Counted from the stretch's first letter, positions 1 to 9,661 are shown. The stretch: 57,166 nt of DNA from Clostridia bacterium (GCA_014872655.1 WHHJ01000004.1:1-57166), one strand, 5' to 3'. Notes: a model not told the origin generated them from the letters alone. Made by a program: numbers and translations.

Positions 1-10
1 TATACCATAA

Positions 11-135
11 AGCAAAAATGCTTGCTTGCAAGGGCATTTTTGCGAAGCCGTCAATAGCGCAGGCGCATGAAATGCGCACGTGGCGAATGCCCTAAGGCTT
101 GCAAAGCAAGACTTTCTGCGTCTATTATATCATGT
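11..135. repeat. Intergenic palindromic repeat element, copy A
   Basis: The arms GCTTGCTTGCAAGGGCATT (20-38) and AATGCCCTAAGGCTTGCAAAGCAAG (86-110) are inverted around a GCGCATGAAATGCGC hairpin. Positions 55-135 are the reverse complement of 1655-1735, about 85-90% identical by eye. Confidence 0.7.
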
Positions 136-253
136 TTCAAAAATGAAGTAAAACGTCTTTTTGCATAAAATCAAAGCGGTGTATTTGGCAAAAAATGACA
201 AAAAGTGCGTATTTTACCGATTTTTGTCAACTATGGTTTGAGGACTGATTTGG

Positions 254-282
254 TTGCAATTTCAGGTCGTGCATGGTATAAT
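254..282 (+). promoter_or_regulatory. Near-consensus sigma-A promoter (TTGCAA-17 nt-TGgTATAAT)
   Basis: The -35 TTGCAA lies at 254-259, followed by a 17-nt spacer. An extended -10 TGg sits at 274-276 and TATAAT at 277-282. No SD or plausible start codon follows. Confidence 0.6.
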
Positions 283-287
283 AAAAA

Positions 288-476
288 AAGAAAATCCGGT
301 GCTTTCTGTGCTATAGCCAGTTGGTCTGCAAGATTTTTAATGGGCGCACTATTTGTGTGCGGTTTTCCGCTTTCGGGATTTTTTGATCCCGTGTTTGCGG
401 CCCTGTCGGTAGTTGGTCCGTTGTGCCTCACAGTCGGCAGCATTGGGATGGAGAATATTATCTCCGGACTTGTCTT
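288..476 (+). ncRNA. Candidate ~190-nt non-coding RNA (long irregular hairpin, possibly 6S-like)
   Basis: It starts right after the strong promoter. The 5' AAGAAAATCCGG (288-299) can pair with CCGGACTTGTCTT (464-476). Further short helices are CTAT/ATGG, CCAG/TTGG and CTGC/GCAG. Internal hairpins include GCGGTTTTCCGC and CGGGAT-TTTTTG-ATCCCG. The overlapping 96-aa ORF lacks an SD. Confidence 0.35.
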
Positions 477-690
477 CAAACTTTTGTGCGGGTAATTCTA
501 TTCGTCTGTATTATAAGATATCCTGGGACGATACTGTTTTGACTGGATGCGTGTAACCGCTGCGGCCCGGAAACCATGATTGTAACACCGTCCGAAATCG
601 AAAAAGTGTTGTTCTGTTTGTGTGAAAAAAGATTCTTTGTAAGAAGGATTGATTATAAAAAAATACGGGGTTTTTGAAGGAGGGATTAGA

Positions 691-1620
691 GTGGAGCGAA
701 AGATCGAATCTTTTGGTTCTTCTGATGGAAAGTCGGAAGTGGCGGCCTATTTTTTTGAAACGCCTTCGGCAGACCCGCGCGCGGTGGTGCAGATCAGTCA
801 TGGGATGTGCGAGCACTTGGGGCGTTACGAAGCGTTTGCCCGTTATTTGAACGACCGTGGTATTTTTGTCTGCGGCAACGACCATTTAGGGCACGGTTTA
901 ACCAGCGGTACGGTGGGCATGGACGGATATTTTTCCGATCGGGACGGACGGTTTTATGTACTGCACGATTTAAAGCAGATGAACCGGTTGGCGCGGGAGC
1001 GTTACGGAGATATCCCCGTGATTTTGTTGGGACATAGTATGGGCAGCTTTTTTGCGCGTTGGTTTGCCTGCGAATATCCGGACAGCCTGGACGGATTGAT
1101 TCTCAGCGGCACTGGCGGACCTTCCGCGATGATTCGGCTTGGCGTATGGCTTTCGGCGTTGTTGGTGCGGCTGTATGGGCCGCGACACGTTTCTTCCTTT
1201 TTGCAGCATGCAGGAATGGGTTCCTATGTGCGCCGGATCGAAAATCCCGTCACGGAATACGACTGGATCTCTCGTGACGAGCAAGTCGTGCGCATCTATG
1301 CGCAGGATCCCAAATGTACGTTTCCATTCACCGCCGGCGCCTATCATGAGCTGCTGACCGTGCATGCAGCGGTCAACCGCCGATCCTGGGCGCGTCAGAT
1401 TCGCCGGGATTTGCCGATCTATCTGTTTTCAGGGGATCAGGACCCTGTCGGCGATTACGGCCGGGGCGTTGAGACGGTCTTTGCACGCCTGTGCCAGGCC
1501 GGGATCGAAGACGTCACCTGTCGGATTTATCCGGGCGGACGGCACGAGATGCTCAACGAAATCAATCGTGAGCAGGTCTTTGAAGAAGTGGCGGATTGGT
1601 GCGTCGGGCATTTTTGTTAA
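691..1620 (+). CDS. Alpha/beta hydrolase (lysophospholipase/monoacylglycerol-lipase-like)
   Basis: Contains an HG oxyanion motif (QISHGMCEH) and a GHSMGS nucleophile elbow, with a C-terminal D/H region (GDQDPV, GGRHE). A GTG start at 691 follows the SD GAAGGAGGG. Confidence 0.8.
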   Translation: MERKIESFGSSDGKSEVAAYFFETPSADPRAVVQISHGMCEHLGRYEAFARYLNDRGIFVCGNDHLGHGLTSGTVGMDGYFSDRDGRFYVLHDLKQMNRLARERYGDIPVILLGHSMGSFFARWFACEYPDSLDGLILSGTGGPSAMIRLGVWLSALLVRLYGPRHVSSFLQHAGMGSYVRRIENPVTEYDWISRDEQVVRIYAQDPKCTFPFTAGAYHELLTVHAAVNRRSWARQIRRDLPIYLFSGDQDPVGDYGRGVETVFARLCQAGIEDVTCRIYPGGRHEMLNEINREQVFEEVADWCVGHFC

Positions 1621-1654
1621 AAATCGTGTCGATGTGTTTACAATCGGCGTTGGG

Positions 1655-1815
1655 CATGGTATAATATACGCAGAAAGTCTTGCTTTGCAGCCGCAGGGCA
1701 TTTACCGGGTGCGCATTTCATGCGCCTGCGTCATGGAACGCTTTCATCGTGTGATGATATACGCAAAAAGTCTTGCTTTGCAGCCAGAGGGCATTGACAG
1801 CTTTCATGGTATCAT
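1655..1815. repeat. Intergenic repeat element, copy B (two direct ~39-nt cores)
   Basis: The cores ATATACGCAGAAAGTCTTGCTTTGCAGCCGCAGGGCATT (about 1664-1702) and ATATACGCAAAAAGTCTTGCTTTGCAGCCAGAGGGCATT (about 1758-1796) are direct repeats. Positions 1655-1735 are inverted relative to 55-135. Confidence 0.7.
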
Positions 1816-1857
1816 GAATACATAAAAGAATACAGATCCTGTCAGGGGTGTTTACAG

Positions 1858-2946
1858 ATGTCAAAAATTATCTTAACGGGAGATCGTCCGACGGGTCGGC
1901 TCCATATCGGCCACTATGTCGGATCACTGCGTCGCAGGGTCGAACTTCAGAATTCAGGAGAATACGATCACGTTTACGTGATGATTGCCGACGCACAGGC
2001 ATTGACCGACAATGCCGACCATCCGGAAAAAGTGCGGCAGAATATTTTGGAAGTGGCGCTGGACTATTTGTCCTGCGGATTGGACCCGGAAAAATGCACC
2101 ATGTTTATCCAGTCTCAGGTCCCGCAATTGTGCGAGATGGCGTTTTATTATATGAATTTAGTAACGGTTTCCAGATTGCAGCGAAATCCGACCGTCAAGG
2201 CGGAAATCGGCATGCGCAATTTTGAGGCCAGTATTCCGGTCGGATTCTTTACGTACCCGATCAGCCAGGCGGCGGATATTACCGCCTTTAAAGCCACGAC
2301 GGTCCCGGCTGGAGAAGATCAAAAGCCGATGATCGAGCAGACCAATGAAATTGTGCGTAAATTTAATGCGGTTTACGGTCCTACTTTGGTTGAAGCCGAG
2401 ATTTTGCTGCCGCAAAACGGCGCGTGCATGCGGCTGCCCGGAACGGACGGAAAAGCCAAGATGAGCAAGTCGCTGGGCAATTGTATTTATTTGTCCGACA
2501 CCGAACAGGACGTGCGCACCAAGGTTATGAGTATGTATACGGACCCGGATCATCTCAAAGTATCCGACCCTGGAAAAGTAGAGGGAAATACAGTCTTTAC
2601 CTATTTGGACGCCTTTTGCCGGGACGAGGATTTTGCGGCATTTTTGCCCGAATATGCCAACCTGGATGAACTCAAAGACCACTATCGCCGCGGCGGACTG
2701 GGCGATGTGAAGGTTAAAAAATTCTTGAATGAAGTGTTGCAGCAGCAATTGTCTGGCATCCGGGAACGCCGCAAGCAATACCAGCAAGACATCGGGTATG
2801 TTACTGAGATGTTGCGGCAGGGCAGCGACTATGCTCGCGGAGTCGCGCAGCAAACACTGGACGAAATCCGGTCGGCGATGCGGCTCAATTATTTTGATGA
2901 TGCGGAGTGGATCCGCAGTCAGCGTGAAAAATTCGCGGGATGTTAA
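1858..2946 (+). CDS. trpS: Tryptophan--tRNA ligase
   Basis: Has a class I HIGH motif ([10 protein letters not shown]) and KMSKS (AKMSKSLGN). Length and overall pattern fit TrpRS. Confidence 0.93.
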   Translation: MSKIILTGDRPTGRLHIGHYVGSLRRRVELQNSGEYDHVYVMIADAQALTDNADHPEKVRQNILEVALDYLSCGLDPEKCTMFIQSQVPQLCEMAFYYMNLVTVSRLQRNPTVKAEIGMRNFEASIPVGFFTYPISQAADITAFKATTVPAGEDQKPMIEQTNEIVRKFNAVYGPTLVEAEILLPQNGACMRLPGTDGKAKMSKSLGNCIYLSDTEQDVRTKVMSMYTDPDHLKVSDPGKVEGNTVFTYLDAFCRDEDFAAFLPEYANLDELKDHYRRGGLGDVKVKKFLNEVLQQQLSGIRERRKQYQQDIGYVTEMLRQGSDYARGVAQQTLDEIRSAMRLNYFDDAEWIRSQREKFAGC

Positions 2947-2953
2947 GCCCGCT

Positions 2954-2982
2954 CGCGGAGGCATGTCCTCCGCGTCTTTATT
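2954..2982 (+). terminator. Rho-independent terminator after trpS
   Basis: Hairpin CGCGGAGG-CATGT-CCTCCGCG followed by TCTTTATT. Confidence 0.6.
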
Positions 2983-3014
2983 ATAGAAATTGATTTTTTA
3001 CAGGAGGACTTTTT

Positions 3015-3506
3015 ATGAGACAGATTCCAGTACAACCTTTGACGGCGGAGGATTTTGCACCGTTCGGCCAGTTTTATTCGATGACTTCTCCGCAGGGATA
3101 TGCGCTGTGCGGGCCGCTGCATCAGTTTTATCCGGACCGTGTTTCGGCGGCGTATACGTCGGGGGTCGGATTTTCACCGATTACCGTTCGCAGCCCTGAG
3201 CGCATGATTGTTGATGCGGTGGAGTATCATACCACCACCTGTGAAATCATTTTGCCGCTCAATCAGGATATGATTTTACACGTCGCGCCCGCGTCGGCCG
3301 GAACGCCTGTCACCCATTTAACAAAGGCTTTCCTGGTTCCGAAAAATACGTTGGTCAAAATCAATCCGGCGATCTGGCACTTGGCGCCGCTGCCGGCAGG
3401 GGAAGAGCCTCTGCATGCGATGATCGTATTGCCGGAATGCACGTATATGAACGATTGTACCGTGGTCTCTTTGGACGAAGACCAGGTTTTTGAAATCGTG
3501 CGGTAG
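3015..3506 (+). CDS. Ureidoglycolate lyase/hydrolase-like cupin protein
   Basis: The N-terminus VQPLTAEDFAPFGQ matches the family's typical L-T-x-E-x-F-A-P-F-G start. At 163 aa it is the right size, and it sits in a purine-metabolism neighbourhood. Confidence 0.5.
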   Translation: MRQIPVQPLTAEDFAPFGQFYSMTSPQGYALCGPLHQFYPDRVSAAYTSGVGFSPITVRSPERMIVDAVEYHTTTCEIILPLNQDMILHVAPASAGTPVTHLTKAFLVPKNTLVKINPAIWHLAPLPAGEEPLHAMIVLPECTYMNDCTVVSLDEDQVFEIVR

Positions 3507-3524
3507 CGCCGGGCAGGTGGCATC

Positions 3525-3806
3525 GTGGAACAAAATCGACGGCACGCCGGTGTAATCGTGTACGAGGTACTCAATGCGGCTACGGCGACGCAGTATCGTT
3601 TACAAACGCAAATGCTGCTCAGCGCACGGCAGGATCTGGTGCTGGATATGCGCCGGCTGCGCACGATCAGCGCAGAGGGGTATTTGTTTTTACAGCAGCT
3701 GGTACAAGCCGCTCAAGCGTATGACGGACGTGTTTTTTTTCAGCATGTCCCTTCGGATTTGGTTTCGTCACTGCAGCAGCAGGTCCCGCAAGCCGAAATC
3801 CTTTAA
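3525..3806 (+). CDS. Small STAS-domain-like protein (anti-sigma antagonist fold)
   Basis: The 93-aa product has the pattern LVLDMRRLRTISAEGYLFLQQLV...GRVFFQHVPSDL, which resembles STAS domains. The assignment is weak. Confidence 0.35.
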   Translation: MEQNRRHAGVIVYEVLNAATATQYRLQTQMLLSARQDLVLDMRRLRTISAEGYLFLQQLVQAAQAYDGRVFFQHVPSDLVSSLQQQVPQAEIL

Positions 3807-3871
3807 TCCATCGCCGGACTCGATTTTAAAAATTGTTTGGTCTCGGCACTTCACAGAGAGCAGGTGAAAGA

Positions 3872-4729
3872 ATGGAGTCAACAGCAGCCCTGTTGCAATC
3901 TTGTTTAACAGCGTTGCAGCGCCAGACGGCCGCGGCTTTTGCAGCGGCGGATTTTCGCCCCCGCATCGCGGTGGTGTTGGGGTCCGGGCTTGGTTTTTTT
4001 GCAGACCGTCTGCAAACGGTTTGTACGGTTCCGTATACACAGATCCCGGATTTCCCGGTTTCTACGGTGGCCGGACATGAGGGCCGTTTTGTTTTTGGCC
4101 GACTGGACGGCGTAGATGTTGCGGCCATGCAGGGCCGCGTCCATTTATACGAAGGATATACGCCTGCGCAGGTGGTTTTGCCGTTGCGGCTGCTGCGCTT
4201 GCTGGGGGCACAGACGCTCATTTTGACCAACGCGGCAGGTGGAATCGACCCGGCGTTTGAAGTGGGGGACCCGATGTTAATTACGGATCACATTGCGTGT
4301 TTTGCGCCGTCTGCTTTGGTCGGACCGAATCTGGAATCTTTGGGTCCGCGGTTTCCGGACATGTCGCAGGTTTATGACCCTGCGCTGTGTGGGGCCGTCC
4401 GCGAGGCCGCGCAGGCGGAGAAAATCCGATTGCGGGAAGGCGTGTATTTACAGACGGTGGGCCCGCAATACGAAACGCCGGCAGAAATACGGATGTTCCG
4501 GTCTTTGGGTGCCGACGCGGTCGGCATGAGTACGGCCATCGAGGCGTGCGCCGCCCGTCATGCCGGGATGCGTGTTTGCGGTCTGAGTTTGATCACCAAT
4601 GCGGCCGCCGGTGTCGGCAATGCCGAACTCAATCACGAGGAAGTCAAGCGCGCAGCCGCGCAGGCCGGGGAGCGTCTTTTCCGGTTGGTTCGCCGGTTGA
4701 TTCTCGCGGCCGATCTTCAAAACAAATAA
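3872..4729 (+). CDS. punA: Purine nucleoside phosphorylase (trimeric PNP family)
   Basis: Motifs include VLGSGLG, GHEGRFVFG, MQGRVHLYEGY, TNAAGG, LQTVGPQYETPAE and GADAVGMST. The ATG at 3872 was chosen as the start because the upstream extension has no homology. Confidence 0.9.
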   Translation: MESTAALLQSCLTALQRQTAAAFAAADFRPRIAVVLGSGLGFFADRLQTVCTVPYTQIPDFPVSTVAGHEGRFVFGRLDGVDVAAMQGRVHLYEGYTPAQVVLPLRLLRLLGAQTLILTNAAGGIDPAFEVGDPMLITDHIACFAPSALVGPNLESLGPRFPDMSQVYDPALCGAVREAAQAEKIRLREGVYLQTVGPQYETPAEIRMFRSLGADAVGMSTAIEACAARHAGMRVCGLSLITNAAAGVGNAELNHEEVKRAAAQAGERLFRLVRRLILAADLQNK

Positions 4730-4809
4730 CGAAGTTTCCTGTATCCGTCCCAACGGACGGGATGCGGGAACGCGGTGGGGGGCGTCCCCAGAGAAAGAGG
4801 AGCATGTGC

Positions 4810-5811
4810 ATGATAGACTTGCATTTACATTTAGACGGATCGCTGTCCTGTCAAACGGTTTGGACATTGGCACAGCAGCAGCATATTACACTGCCGGTGC
4901 AGACGGCCGAGGCGCTGAAACCTTTTTTGACTGCGCCGCCGGATTGCCCGGATTTAGCGACCTATTTAAAATGTTTTCAGATTCCGCTGTCGGTGCTGCA
5001 AACGCCCGACGCGGTTTGTTACGCAACCCGGGAGTTGTGTCAAACATTGCAGCAGCAGGGGCTGCTATATGCCGAGATTCGGTTTGCGCCGCAGCTGCAC
5101 ACCGCTTCCGGCGCTACAATGGAGCAGATTGTTGAGGCGGCGGCCCGGGGCGTGCAGGAGTCCGGCTTTGACGCGCGGTTGATTTTGTGCGCGATGCGGG
5201 CCGACGGGGTAGAAGAACAAAACCTGCAAACCGTCCGGCTGGCCAAGGACTTTTTGGGCAAGTCGGTGGTTGGGGTCGATTTAGCCGGGGATGAAGCCCG
5301 GTATGCAACGCAGCAATGCAGCCCCGTGTTTGAATTGGCGCGGCAGCTCGAAGTCCCGTTTACCGTGCACGCCGGGGAAGCGTCCGGTTCGGACAGCGTC
5401 CGGACGGCGGTAGAAGCCGGTGCGCGACGGATCGGGCACGGGTTAAACGCGGCCGGGGATCCCGAATTGATGGATCAAATCATGCGTCAACAGATTGCGA
5501 TAGAGATGTGTCCGTCTTCTAATTTTCAAACCAAAGCCGTGCAACAGGCAGAGCAGTATCCGCTCAAACGCTGGCTGCAAAGCGGGGTGCTGGTGACGAT
5601 CAATACGGATAACCTCACCGTTTCGGATACGTGCCTGCGGGATGAATATCGGCTGATTGAACTGATTTACGGTCTGACCCGGGAAGAAAAGCAAACGCTG
5701 GTCCGGCACGCCGTGCAGGCGTCTTTTTTACCTGAGGCAGAGAAAAAGGCATTGGCGGCGCGGGTTGAACAGGCTTTTGCAGCCGAGGAACCCGCCCAAA
5801 ACGGCGATTGA
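4810..5811 (+). CDS. add: Adenosine deaminase
   Basis: Motifs include IDLHLHLDGS, FTVHAGE and TINTDN. The long ORF N-terminal extension (4387-4803) overlaps punA out of frame and is an artefact. The SD AAAGAGGAG precedes ATG 4804/4810. Confidence 0.9.
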   Translation: MIDLHLHLDGSLSCQTVWTLAQQQHITLPVQTAEALKPFLTAPPDCPDLATYLKCFQIPLSVLQTPDAVCYATRELCQTLQQQGLLYAEIRFAPQLHTASGATMEQIVEAAARGVQESGFDARLILCAMRADGVEEQNLQTVRLAKDFLGKSVVGVDLAGDEARYATQQCSPVFELARQLEVPFTVHAGEASGSDSVRTAVEAGARRIGHGLNAAGDPELMDQIMRQQIAIEMCPSSNFQTKAVQQAEQYPLKRWLQSGVLVTINTDNLTVSDTCLRDEYRLIELIYGLTREEKQTLVRHAVQASFLPEAEKKALAARVEQAFAAEEPAQNGD

Positions 5812-5836
5812 CTATTTGCCGAATTTATGATACAAT
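5808..5836 (+). promoter_or_regulatory. Sigma-A promoter for the ABC-F gene (TTGACT-17 nt-TGaTACAAT)
   Basis: The -35 is at 5808-5813 and the extended -10 at 5828-5836. The same TATGATACAAT -10 block recurs at 29816-29826. Confidence 0.55.
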
Positions 5837-5867
5837 AAAAGGAATCTTTACAGAGTGGGAGAAAAGC

Positions 5868-7481
5868 ATGATTACACTTTCAGACGTCAGTTTTCAGTTC
5901 GGTGCGGAGGTCCTGTTTAAAGAAGTGGACTTACAGTTTGTTCCGGGCAATTGTTATGGGATTATCGGCGCGAACGGAGCGGGGAAGTCGACGTTTTTAA
6001 AAATTTTATGTGGAGAATTAGAACCGACGAGCGGTACCGTGACCATTGATGAGAATACGAGGTTATCCGTATTGCGTCAGGACCATTTTGCCTTTGACGC
6101 GTACACGGTGTTGGACACGGTCATTATGGGCAACCGCCGGTTATATGATATTTTAAAAGAAAAAGACGCTATTTACGCCAAGGAAGATTTTTCGGAACAG
6201 GACGGCTTGCGCGCATCCGAGTTGGAAAGTGAGTTTGCCGAGCTGGGCGGCTGGGAGTCGGAATCCGACGCCTCCCGGTTGATTCAGGGCCTGGGGCTTG
6301 AAGAGTCCTGTCTTTATGAGCCGATGTCACAGTTAAAAGAAAGTGAAAAGGTCAAAGTTTTGCTGGCCCAGGCGTTGTTCGGCAATCCCGAGATTATTTT
6401 ACTGGACGAACCGACAAACGGTTTGGACCTTGCGGCAACCGCATGGCTGGAAGATTTTCTGTCGGACTATTTCGGTACGGTGTTAGTGGTTTCGCACGAC
6501 CGGCACTTTTTAAATAATGTCTGTACCAACATCGTGGATATCGACTATTCGTCCATCAAAATGTATGTGGGCAACTATGAATTTTGGTACGAGTCCAGCC
6601 AGATGATTCAGCGCATGATTAAACAGCAGAATAAAAAGAACGAGGAAAAAATCAAGGAACTGCAAAATTTTATCGCGCGCTTTTCCGCCAACAAATCCAA
6701 GTCCCGGCAGGCCACGTCCCGCCGAAAGCTGCTGGATAAATTAACAATCGAAGAATTACCGGCCTCCAGCCGCCGTTATCCGTTTATCGGATTTGACATG
6801 GACCGGGAGCCCGGAAAAGATATCTTAACCGTCACTGATTTGTGCAAAAAGGACGCGGCGGGCAACGTTTTATTTAATCAGGTCTCTTTTACCGTCAATC
6901 GGTCGGACAAAATTGCTTTTGTGGGCAATGAGCGCTCGATTGCCGCCTTGTTTGATGTGTTGACGCAGCAGACGCCGGCAGACGGGGGAACGTTCAAATG
7001 GGGCGTCAGCATTTCGTATTCTTACTTTCCGCATGACAACACAGCGTTTTTTGAAGGCTGTCAGGATTCTATTTTAGATTGGATGCGGCAATGGTCCAAA
7101 GACCAAACCGAATCGTATCTGCGCGGCTTTTTGGGCAGAATGCTGTTTTCAGGTGACAGTATCTATAAACCGGTCGAAGTTCTTTCGGGCGGCGAGAAAG
7201 CTCGGTGCATGTTTTCGCGGATGATGCTCTTTGGCTCCAATTTGTTGATTTTGGACCGTCCCACAGACCATTTGGATCTGGAATCGATTGCCGCGCTCAA
7301 TGACGGGTTGGCCGCATTTAAGGGCAATGTTTTACTTTTATCACACGACTATGAAATGGTAGATACGGTCGCCAACCGGGTGATCGAATTGACGCCGGAC
7401 GGCATGATTGACCGGATGGGGTCGTATGCAGATTTTGTCGAATACAAGAAATCTATTGGTCAAGATGTTATAGAACTGTAA
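5868..7481 (+). CDS. ABC-F family ATPase (two tandem ABC domains, no TM domain)
   Basis: Has two Walker A/signature sets (GANGAGKST, and LSGGEKARC in the second half). The inter-domain linker is rich in K, Q and R. Confidence 0.88.
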   Translation: MITLSDVSFQFGAEVLFKEVDLQFVPGNCYGIIGANGAGKSTFLKILCGELEPTSGTVTIDENTRLSVLRQDHFAFDAYTVLDTVIMGNRRLYDILKEKDAIYAKEDFSEQDGLRASELESEFAELGGWESESDASRLIQGLGLEESCLYEPMSQLKESEKVKVLLAQALFGNPEIILLDEPTNGLDLAATAWLEDFLSDYFGTVLVVSHDRHFLNNVCTNIVDIDYSSIKMYVGNYEFWYESSQMIQRMIKQQNKKNEEKIKELQNFIARFSANKSKSRQATSRRKLLDKLTIEELPASSRRYPFIGFDMDREPGKDILTVTDLCKKDAAGNVLFNQVSFTVNRSDKIAFVGNERSIAALFDVLTQQTPADGGTFKWGVSISYSYFPHDNTAFFEGCQDSILDWMRQWSKDQTESYLRGFLGRMLFSGDSIYKPVEVLSGGEKARCMFSRMMLFGSNLLILDRPTDHLDLESIAALNDGLAAFKGNVLLLSHDYEMVDTVANRVIELTPDGMIDRMGSYADFVEYKKSIGQDVIEL

Positions 7482-7505
7482 ATATATTTTATTTTTTTAG
7501 AGGGG

Positions 7506-9650
7506 ATGAGAAGAGCCATGTTTTGTAATCATTGTGGAAAACGGCAGCCGGATGACGCAGTTTTTTGCTCTTTTTGCGGCAAGCCGATTGATCGGGAAGA
7601 TACGGGTCGGTCTGACGGCGAGGCCAAAACGACCGAGCCTTTGCATCAAAACGTACCGTCTGCGATAGCGCCGGATTCGGCTTCTTCCAACGCGTCCCCG
7701 GTGCCGGTGACGGAAGAATCTCCGATGCCGGCCGTGCATATTGCGCAAGAGCCGGACTTATCGTCGGCCCCGGTATCGGCGGAGAACGATTCGGCAGAAC
7801 GTTCGACCGCGGCAGAAGATGGGGTTTCAGCACAGGCGGACGCTTCTGTCGAAGCAGACACCGCTGCTAAAGAGTCCGTGCCGGCAGACAATTCGGCCGG
7901 TCGTCTTTCTTCGGATACAGCCGGTTCGGATACGGGTTTGGGTTCTGCGGATCCCCATGCAGCGGATCCTAATGCAGCGGGCGGATCCCGTCAGCGGTTA
8001 TCGCTGGAAGAAAAATTGTCCCGGCTCGAACAGGAACTGTCCCGTATGGGTGCGGAAGCCGATGAGGAATCGGACGTTTTAGTGCCCGATGATTTGACGG
8101 AAATGGTTCCCGAACCTCTCAACGAAAAACCCGTTTCGGCTCCACAACCCGCTTCGACTCGACGCGCAGCTGTGGCCGGGCAGGCTAATCCGGATCAGCC
8201 GCCTGTTATGACTCCGAAGTCCGCACCAGGGGCCGATTCCAAGCGGCCGCAGGAGACCCGTCCCCGTCCGACGCGTTCCAAAACCGCAGCATCTGCTGTA
8301 AAAGACGAGGATTTACCGGATTTTGAACTGTTTGACGACTGGGACGAGGACGAACCGGACGAAGCACCGGCCCGTCCGGCTCCGCGTAAAACTTCCTCGC
8401 CGCCGACAGCAAAGCAGCAGGCTGCAAAAAAGAAAGCCAAGAAGAAGTCTCCGGTCAAATGGATTGTTTTGTCCGTTTGCGGCGCCGTGGTTGTCGCAGC
8501 CGGCATCATTGCTTTGGTTTTGTTTTTGAATATGAATTCTCCGGCCAACCGGATTGTTTCGGCGCTGCAGCAAGGGGATACGCAAACAGCGGCCACGCTC
8601 TTTTCCGAAGTCGACCCGACCGGCTCGCAGTTTGCCAAGGTGCAGCAGGCACTCAACGATTATGTTGATCAGTTGATGGATTCGTATAAATCGGGGCAGG
8701 TCAGCGCATCGGACGCGCTGGAGCAGTTGCAGACGATTCTCAAATTTAACGTTCCGTATCTAACCGATAAAGTCAGCAAGCATATCACCGAGCTGACCCA
8801 ACAGATGGATGTGGAGGAAATTTACAATAAGGCGCAGCAGGCATATGAAGCCGGCAATTATGCGGACGCGATTACCTATTACAGCCAGATTGAATCTACC
8901 AGCCCGCATTACAGCGACGCGCAGGAAAAGTTAGAGCAAGCCCGTGAAAAGTATAAGCAGCAATATTTAGACGAGGCCGCGGCATTGGCCAAAAAGGACG
9001 ATTACGTCGGTGCAATCGATAAGTTAAACGATGCATTAAAAATTCTGAAAGACGACAAAGAACTAACCGACCAGATTGCAACTTATACGGATTCTTATGT
9101 AGATTCGGTGCTTTCGCAGGCAGACGCGCTGGTCAAAAAAGAAGATTACGAGGGGGCGGAAAAACTGTTGGCTCAAGCCATTCAGTTATTCCCGGACGAA
9201 AAAGAACTCTACAGCAAGCAGTCCGAAATCGCCGCCAAGAAATCGATTGATCTGATCGACGCCTGTGCACCCAATGCGGGAAAAGGCTGCACGGTATACA
9301 AATCCGGCAGTTCGTTTAAGATGGGTACGCAAAGTTATAGCCCGGGATTTGTGATCAACAATCAAAACGTGGATCTCCAGTCGGGAGAAGAAGCGTATGC
9401 CCAAGTGACGTTTGACCAAAAATATTCTTCGCTGTCCATGTTGATCGGCCGGACCGGCAACTCGCAGCAGGGAACATTTTCGGTTCACATTTATCTGGAT
9501 AACAAATTGGTTCGGCAGTACGAGATCGATGATGATTCGGTTAAAACGGTCACGTTAGACGTTTCCGGCGCCGAGACCATGCGGGTCGTTGTCATCAGCC
9601 AGACGTCCGGCATTGAATGCGGCTTTGCCGAAGCGGCCTTAAAGAAATAA
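7506..9650 (+). CDS. Zinc-ribbon / disordered / single-TM protein with helical-repeat ectodomain and C-terminal beta-sandwich (NPCBM-like?)
   Basis: The N-terminus is MFCNHCG...CSFCG. A ~300-aa low-complexity P/A/S/D region follows, then the TM segment WIVLSVCGAVVVAAGIIALVLFL. TPR-like Y/A-rich repeats come next, and the tail ends FSVHIYLDNKLV...TLDVSGAETMRVVV. Confidence 0.75.
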   Translation: MRRAMFCNHCGKRQPDDAVFCSFCGKPIDREDTGRSDGEAKTTEPLHQNVPSAIAPDSASSNASPVPVTEESPMPAVHIAQEPDLSSAPVSAENDSAERSTAAEDGVSAQADASVEADTAAKESVPADNSAGRLSSDTAGSDTGLGSADPHAADPNAAGGSRQRLSLEEKLSRLEQELSRMGAEADEESDVLVPDDLTEMVPEPLNEKPVSAPQPASTRRAAVAGQANPDQPPVMTPKSAPGADSKRPQETRPRPTRSKTAASAVKDEDLPDFELFDDWDEDEPDEAPARPAPRKTSSPPTAKQQAAKKKAKKKSPVKWIVLSVCGAVVVAAGIIALVLFLNMNSPANRIVSALQQGDTQTAATLFSEVDPTGSQFAKVQQALNDYVDQLMDSYKSGQVSASDALEQLQTILKFNVPYLTDKVSKHITELTQQMDVEEIYNKAQQAYEAGNYADAITYYSQIESTSPHYSDAQEKLEQAREKYKQQYLDEAAALAKKDDYVGAIDKLNDALKILKDDKELTDQIATYTDSYVDSVLSQADALVKKEDYEGAEKLLAQAIQLFPDEKELYSKQSEIAAKKSIDLIDACAPNAGKGCTVYKSGSSFKMGTQSYSPGFVINNQNVDLQSGEEAYAQVTFDQKYSSLSMLIGRTGNSQQGTFSVHIYLDNKLVRQYEIDDDSVKTVTLDVSGAETMRVVVISQTSGIECGFAEAALKK

Positions 9651-9661
9651 ACGAAATTTTT

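Noticed and set aside
205-495. A 96-aa plus-strand ORF (and the 82-aa antisense ORF at 231-479) as a protein-coding gene.
   Set aside because: The ORF starts upstream of and runs through a near-consensus promoter and has no SD. The region folds as a long hairpin, so I treated it as an ncRNA candidate. A short hydrophobic peptide cannot be fully excluded.
1621-1857. A T-box leader upstream of trpS.
   Set aside because: I found no T-box consensus (AANNNGGGTGGTACCGCG-like), no specifier-loop architecture and no terminator/antiterminator pair. The space is occupied by repeat element copy B.
4387-4803. The N-terminal 140-aa extension of the adenosine deaminase ORF.
   Set aside because: It overlaps the punA coding region in another frame and has an Arg/Gly-rich shadow composition. 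The conserved deaminase start MIDLHLHLDGS follows an SD at 4794-4802.
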